From an uncultured Gemmatimonadaceae bacterium (GTDB lineage Bacteria; Gemmatimonadota; Gemmatimonadetes; Gemmatimonadales; Gemmatimonadaceae): a stretch of DNA of 64,000 nt. A program made the translations under genes and the position numbers. Shown here one piece after another: positions 59,622 through 64,000 of the stretch (the first letter of the stretch is position 1; each line of letters begins with the position of its first letter). The notes beneath the pieces are model-generated. The model saw only the letters and a list, made by a program, of their open reading frames with translations. It made no database searches and was not told the DNA's origin. The DNA lies in assembly GCA_963740355.1 (NCBI GenBank), contig CAVUDW010000003.1, forward strand, positions 512,001 through 576,000, in the 5' to 3' direction.

Positions 59622-60638
59622 ATGCGCCTCGCCTTCGCGGTCCCGATCGCCGCTCTGCTATCACTCGCGTCGAGTGCACCGACGTATACCGTGTCGCACC
59701 GTACGGCGCTTGGAGGTGACGGCGGATGGGACTACCTGACGGTGGACACCAGCGCACATCGACTGTTCATCTCGCGCGGCACACACGTGCAGGTCGTGAA
59801 TACGGACACGGATTCGCTCGTCGGTGACATCCCGAACACTCCTGGCGTCCACGGCATCGCCATCAACTCCTCCGCACACCGAGGCTTCACCAGCAACGGC
59901 CGCGATTCGACGGTGACGGTCTTCGACACGAAATCGTTGATGTCTCTCGCCTCGATCCACGTGCCGGCACGCAACCCCGACGCGATCTTCTTCGACGCGG
60001 CATCGCAGCGAGTGTTCACCTTCAACGGCGGCTCTGCGAATGCCACGGCCATCGACGCGAAGAAGTTCGCGGTCGTGGGCACGATCGCACTCGGCGGGAA
60101 GCCCGAATACCCCACCTCCGACGGCGCGGGCACGATTTTCGTCAACATTGAAGACACCCACGAGATCGTGGCCTTCGACGCGAGGGCATTGACCATCAAG
60201 CATCGGTGGCTGCTCGCGGGCTGTGAAGACCCAACTGGGCAGGCAATCGACCGGGCACACCAACGAATCTTTGCCGTGTGTGGAAACAAGGTGATGGTGG
60301 TGATCAACTCGATCACGGGCGCAGCGGTTGCATCGGTCCCGATCGGCGATGGCAGCGACGGCGTGATGTTCGATGACGCTCGCCAGCTCGCCGTAAGCTC
60401 CAACGGCGATGGCTCGATGACGTTCGTGCATGAGGATACGCCGGACAAGTACAGCGTGACGCAGACGCTCCCCACGATGTCGCGGGCTCGCACTCTGACG
60501 CTCGATCAGCGCACGCACACGCTGTACACCGTGAGCGCCGAGTTCGGGGCGGCCCCTGCTCCGACGGCAGAGACGCCGCGTCCGCGCGCACCGATGGTGC
60601 CGGGCACGTTCACACTCTTGACCGTCACCTCGCACTGA
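59622..60638 (+). CDS. Secreted YncE/YVTN-like beta-propeller protein
   Basis: GGDGGWDYLTVD, TPGVHGIA, PDAIFFD, GKPE, ARTLTLD. Confidence 0.85.
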   Translation: MRLAFAVPIAALLSLASSAPTYTVSHRTALGGDGGWDYLTVDTSAHRLFISRGTHVQVVNTDTDSLVGDIPNTPGVHGIAINSSAHRGFTSNGRDSTVTVFDTKSLMSLASIHVPARNPDAIFFDAASQRVFTFNGGSANATAIDAKKFAVVGTIALGGKPEYPTSDGAGTIFVNIEDTHEIVAFDARALTIKHRWLLAGCEDPTGQAIDRAHQRIFAVCGNKVMVVINSITGAAVASVPIGDGSDGVMFDDARQLAVSSNGDGSMTFVHEDTPDKYSVTQTLPTMSRARTLTLDQRTHTLYTVSAEFGAAPAPTAETPRPRAPMVPGTFTLLTVTSH

Positions 60639-60658
60639 CACGCAGGTGTATTCGGTAG

Positions 60659-63600
60659 TCAGTTCGGAGCGAGCACGTAGCCACGGCCGCGAATGGCCAT
60701 CAGCAGTGACGGGACGAGAAAGAGCGTGATCGGCGTGGAGAGCGCCAGTCCGCCGAGCACCGCGAGAGCCAGCGGCTTCTGGAGTTCGCTGCCGGTGCCA
60801 AGTCCGAGGGCAAGAGGCAGCAGGCCGAACAGTGTGCACAGCGTCGTCATCAGGATCGGGCGCAGGCGCACGCGCGCTGCGTCTCGCAAGGCCGGCTCGA
60901 GCGCGAGGCCACGATCTCGCATCAGGTGATCGGTGAAGTCCAGGAGGATGATGCCGTTCTTCACGATCAGGCCAACGAGCAGGATTCCACCCATAAAACT
61001 GCTCACGTTCAACGGCGTGCCAGTCACCAGCAGCGCCAGGATCGCTCCCACGAAACTCAGCGGCGCAGCCAGCAGCACGACGAACGGTTCGACGAAGCTG
61101 CGGAACTGGATCACCATCACCGCCACCACGCTGACCGCAGCGAGGCCAAGCACCAGCAGCAGGCTCGCAAACGCGGTCCGCTGACTGGCGTACTGTCCGC
61201 CGAGTTCGAGCCGCATGCCAGCAGGGACAGGGTGGCTGGCGAGGACGGCCCGGACATCCGTCATCACGTCACCAAGGGCCCGATCGGCAACGTCAGCGGT
61301 CAACGTCACCACCTGTTGCTGATTCTCGCGCAGCAGCTCCGCTCGCGCGTTCTGCGGCGTGAAGGTGGCCACGGCGCCCAGTGGTGTCGTGGCCCGGCCT
61401 GCAGCCGTGATCACCGGCAGTGACGAGAGTGCGCTGGCGTCGAAACGTACGGCGTCCGGCGCGCGCACCCGAACCGCGATCGCACGGTCATCGAGTCGGA
61501 GTTCACCAGCATTCACACCAAGGAGCGCGCCACTCACGCTGCTGGCGACCTGCTCCGGCGACACGCCGAGCCGCGCAGACTCCACGCGGTCGATGGCCAT
61601 TGACAGTTCCGCGCTCGGCTCGGCATTCCCATCGTAGAAATCCTCGAGGCCATCCACCTTGCCCATGTCGGTCGCCAACAGCTTTCCGTACGCCTCGAGC
61701 GCGGTGAGGTCCGGGCCGAACAGCTTGATCTCGACCGGCTTCGATGCACCGGCAAGGTCGTTGATCACATCCGACAGGATCTGCACGAACTCGACGCGCA
61801 ACCGCGGCATGGTGGCGGCTGCCGAGTCGCGAATACGACCGATGACATCCGAGGTCGGCACGTCGCGGGCGGCCTTCAAACGCACCACCATGTCGCCGCG
61901 ATTCTGCTCGGTCGCGAACAGGCCCAGTTCCGAGCCAGTCCGACGCGCTGTCGCGGCGATCTCCGGTGTGCGATTGAGCATCACCTCCATCTGGTGGATC
62001 ATGCGATCCGTCTCGTCCAACGCCGTGCCGCCGGGCGACCAGTAGTCGAGCACGAAGGCCCCTTCATCCATCTCGGGCAGGAAGCCGGTGCCCGTGAACC
62101 GATAGGCCACCACACCACCGACGACCAGCACGACGACCGCGCCGCCCACCAGCAGCCTGTGATGCAGCACGCTGTCGAGCGAGCGATCGTACCAGCGCTC
62201 GACAGCGCCTGCACCATGGTCGGCTGATTCGCGCCGTGTGAGATATGCGGCGCAGAGCAGCGGAATTACGGTGAACGCCAGCACCAGGGAGACCAGCACA
62301 GCAATCGTCAACGTCAACGACAGCGCTGCAAAGAATTGGCCTACAACACCTTCCAAGAGCCGAAGCGGCGCAAACACGACCACCGTCGTCAGCGTTGACG
62401 TCGTCACAGGCCACAGGAGTTCCTGGACGGCGTTTCGAATCGCCTCACCCCGATTGGCAGTGAATCCGAGGTGCCGGACGATGTTCTCCGTCACGACGAC
62501 TGCGTCATCGATGACCAGGCCGATGGCGATCGCGAGAGCGCCGAGGGTCATCAGGTTGAAGGTCTGGCCCAGCAGCGACATCAACCAGATGGTGATTGCG
62601 AGCGTCAAGGGAATGACCGACGCGCTGATCGCCGTCACGCGCCAGTTGCGCAGGAAGACCAGCAACACGATCACCGCCAGGGCGGCGCCGATCAGCATGG
62701 CATCGCGCACCGATGCGACCGCATCACGCACCAGCACGGCCTGATCGTAGACCGGCTTGAGGATCACCCCGGAGGGCAGCGTCCTCGCGAACTGCGAGGC
62801 CAGCGCGTCGATACTGTCGGCCATGCGCAAGGTGTTCCCGCCAGGCTGCCGCGTGATGCTGAGCAGCGCGGCGGGCCGTCCGTCGCCGGCGACCAGCCTC
62901 ACGCGATCCTCGCGACCGAGCGTGACGGTCGCCACATCGCGTACGCGAAGTCCGCCGCCGATCGGGATGCTGGCGATGTCGTCTGGCGCCCGTGCCTCGC
63001 TTTGCGTCACGACCAGGTACTGCTTGTAGTCTCGCGCCACTCGTCCCACAGCGTTCACGCTCGTGGCCTGACGAATGGACGTGGCCAGATCGTCATAGCT
63101 CACGCCCACCTGAGCCAGGCGCGTCGGATCGGCAACGACCTCCAGTTCCCGCACGCTGCTTCCCTGCACATCCACGCGACCCACACCTGGCACACGTGCG
63201 AAGACTGGCCCGATCTGGAAGCGTGCGATGTCGTAAAGCGTGGCGGCGTCGCCTCCTTCGAGGTTGTAGCTGACGATGGGAAAGACGGACGGCGTGAGTC
63301 GTTCCACCTGCAGGTCTACCGTCGCGGGCAGGTCACCACGCACCGCATTCACCCGTGCCTGTACGAGTTGCAACGCGACCTGCATGTTGACCGATGGCAA
63401 GAAGGTGACGTTGATCTCACTGCCACCGCGGATGGAGCGCGATTGCACCCGCGTCACGCCAGGGACGACGCTGACGGCCTCCTCGATCGGTCGCGTGACG
63501 GAGAACACTTGTTGCCGCGCACCGAGTGTGCTGCCTTGGGCCAGGATCGCAATTCGGGAGAATTCGAGCTCGGGATAGATCGAGCTGGGGAGACGAATCG

Positions 63601-63712
63601 CAGCCCAGATGCCTGCTGCCGCGCAGAGGCTCACCGCCAGCAGGACAAATCGGCGCTGCGCTGCGAGGAGCGCGAAGAGGCCGCCGCCCGCCTTGCCGGT
63701 GTCGTCGCTCAC
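60659..63712 (-). CDS. RND efflux permease (AcrB/CzcA superfamily)
   Basis: AIGLVIDDAVVVTENI, GFLPEMDEG, RLRPILMTTL; 1017 aa. Confidence 0.9.
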   Translation of the reverse strand: MSDDTGKAGGGLFALLAAQRRFVLLAVSLCAAAGIWAAIRLPSSIYPELEFSRIAILAQGSTLGARQQVFSVTRPIEEAVSVVPGVTRVQSRSIRGGSEINVTFLPSVNMQVALQLVQARVNAVRGDLPATVDLQVERLTPSVFPIVSYNLEGGDAATLYDIARFQIGPVFARVPGVGRVDVQGSSVRELEVVADPTRLAQVGVSYDDLATSIRQATSVNAVGRVARDYKQYLVVTQSEARAPDDIASIPIGGGLRVRDVATVTLGREDRVRLVAGDGRPAALLSITRQPGGNTLRMADSIDALASQFARTLPSGVILKPVYDQAVLVRDAVASVRDAMLIGAALAVIVLLVFLRNWRVTAISASVIPLTLAITIWLMSLLGQTFNLMTLGALAIAIGLVIDDAVVVTENIVRHLGFTANRGEAIRNAVQELLWPVTTSTLTTVVVFAPLRLLEGVVGQFFAALSLTLTIAVLVSLVLAFTVIPLLCAAYLTRRESADHGAGAVERWYDRSLDSVLHHRLLVGGAVVVLVVGGVVAYRFTGTGFLPEMDEGAFVLDYWSPGGTALDETDRMIHQMEVMLNRTPEIAATARRTGSELGLFATEQNRGDMVVRLKAARDVPTSDVIGRIRDSAAATMPRLRVEFVQILSDVINDLAGASKPVEIKLFGPDLTALEAYGKLLATDMGKVDGLEDFYDGNAEPSAELSMAIDRVESARLGVSPEQVASSVSGALLGVNAGELRLDDRAIAVRVRAPDAVRFDASALSSLPVITAAGRATTPLGAVATFTPQNARAELLRENQQQVVTLTADVADRALGDVMTDVRAVLASHPVPAGMRLELGGQYASQRTAFASLLLVLGLAAVSVVAVMVIQFRSFVEPFVVLLAAPLSFVGAILALLVTGTPLNVSSFMGGILLVGLIVKNGIILLDFTDHLMRDRGLALEPALRDAARVRLRPILMTTLCTLFGLLPLALGLGTGSELQKPLALAVLGGLALSTPITLFLVPSLLMAIRGRGYVLAPN

Positions 63713-64000
63713 TTCTGCTTCACGACGATGTGCACACCATCATCGACCTGATAGGCGCCATCGGTGACCAGCCGCTCCCCGGCTTTCAGGCCCGCCGTGA
63801 TCTCGATGCGACCATCTCGACGCGCGCCAACTTCCACGGTCCGTGCATGTGCGACGTTCGCGCTGTCCAGCACGAAGACGCGGTACTCATCACCATCAGG
63901 CACGACTGCGGCGGATGGCACGAGGACTGCCTCGGCGTGCTGCTCGAGCGCGATGCGGCCATTCACCGACTCGCCGATGCGCAACGCACGCGCCGTCTTG
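63709..64000 (-). CDS. RND membrane fusion protein, 3' part
   Basis: LVPSAAVV, VEVG, GLKAGERLVTDGA; GTGA overlap with the permease. Confidence 0.85.
   Translation of the reverse strand, partial: KTARALRIGESVNGRIALEQHAEAVLVPSAAVVPDGDEYRVFVLDSANVAHARTVEVGARRDGRIEITAGLKAGERLVTDGAYQVDDGVHIVVKQK

Noticed and set aside
1..64000. Many long overlapping or antisense ORFs (e.g. 6614-8290, 4267-5454, 33963-35063, 45478-46890, 62471-63751)
   Set aside because: Shadow frames of real high-GC genes; Arg/Ala-rich with no family motifs
1..64000. CRISPR array, IS transposase, rRNA, conjugation or phage structural genes
   Set aside because: No regularly spaced repeats or recognisable motifs seen

Overview
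High-GC bacterial window. Positions ~1-55540 are the right part of a large heavy-metal-resistance genomic island that ends at the 3' end of a tRNA-Pro(GGG) gene (55541-55614, - strand), next to a very divergent 626-aa tyrosine-recombinase-like gene. The cargo includes three heavy-metal RND efflux operons (one cus-like, two czc-like), two P1B ATPases, a TolC/multicopper oxidase/CopC/CopD cluster, CDF, ZIP, MFS and HupE transporters, and two intact MerR regulators. Three 19-bp-spacer MerR promoters are present, along with several decayed duplicates and frameshifted genes. Right of the tRNA are intact, chromosomal-looking genes: an EutB-EutC fusion, an ethanolamine permease, a beta-propeller protein and an RND pump. 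The most unusual signals are: (1) two diverged copies of an element backbone module (ECF sigma, ClpX-like ATPase lacking the IGF loop, sigma2-only protein, small protein, active or dead HD nuclease); (2) a BlaI/CopY repressor plus an M56 protease with a His/Cys tail, and a recurring TTTA.G-N3-C.TAAA operator that outlines a candidate copper regulon; (3) a secreted metal-motif leader ORF with a Pro-rich arrest-like tail (RAPP, RPP or PPPR) before each island RND operon; (4) an integrase with a duplicated first half of the catalytic domain. All calls come from reading motifs by eye; no database searches were run.
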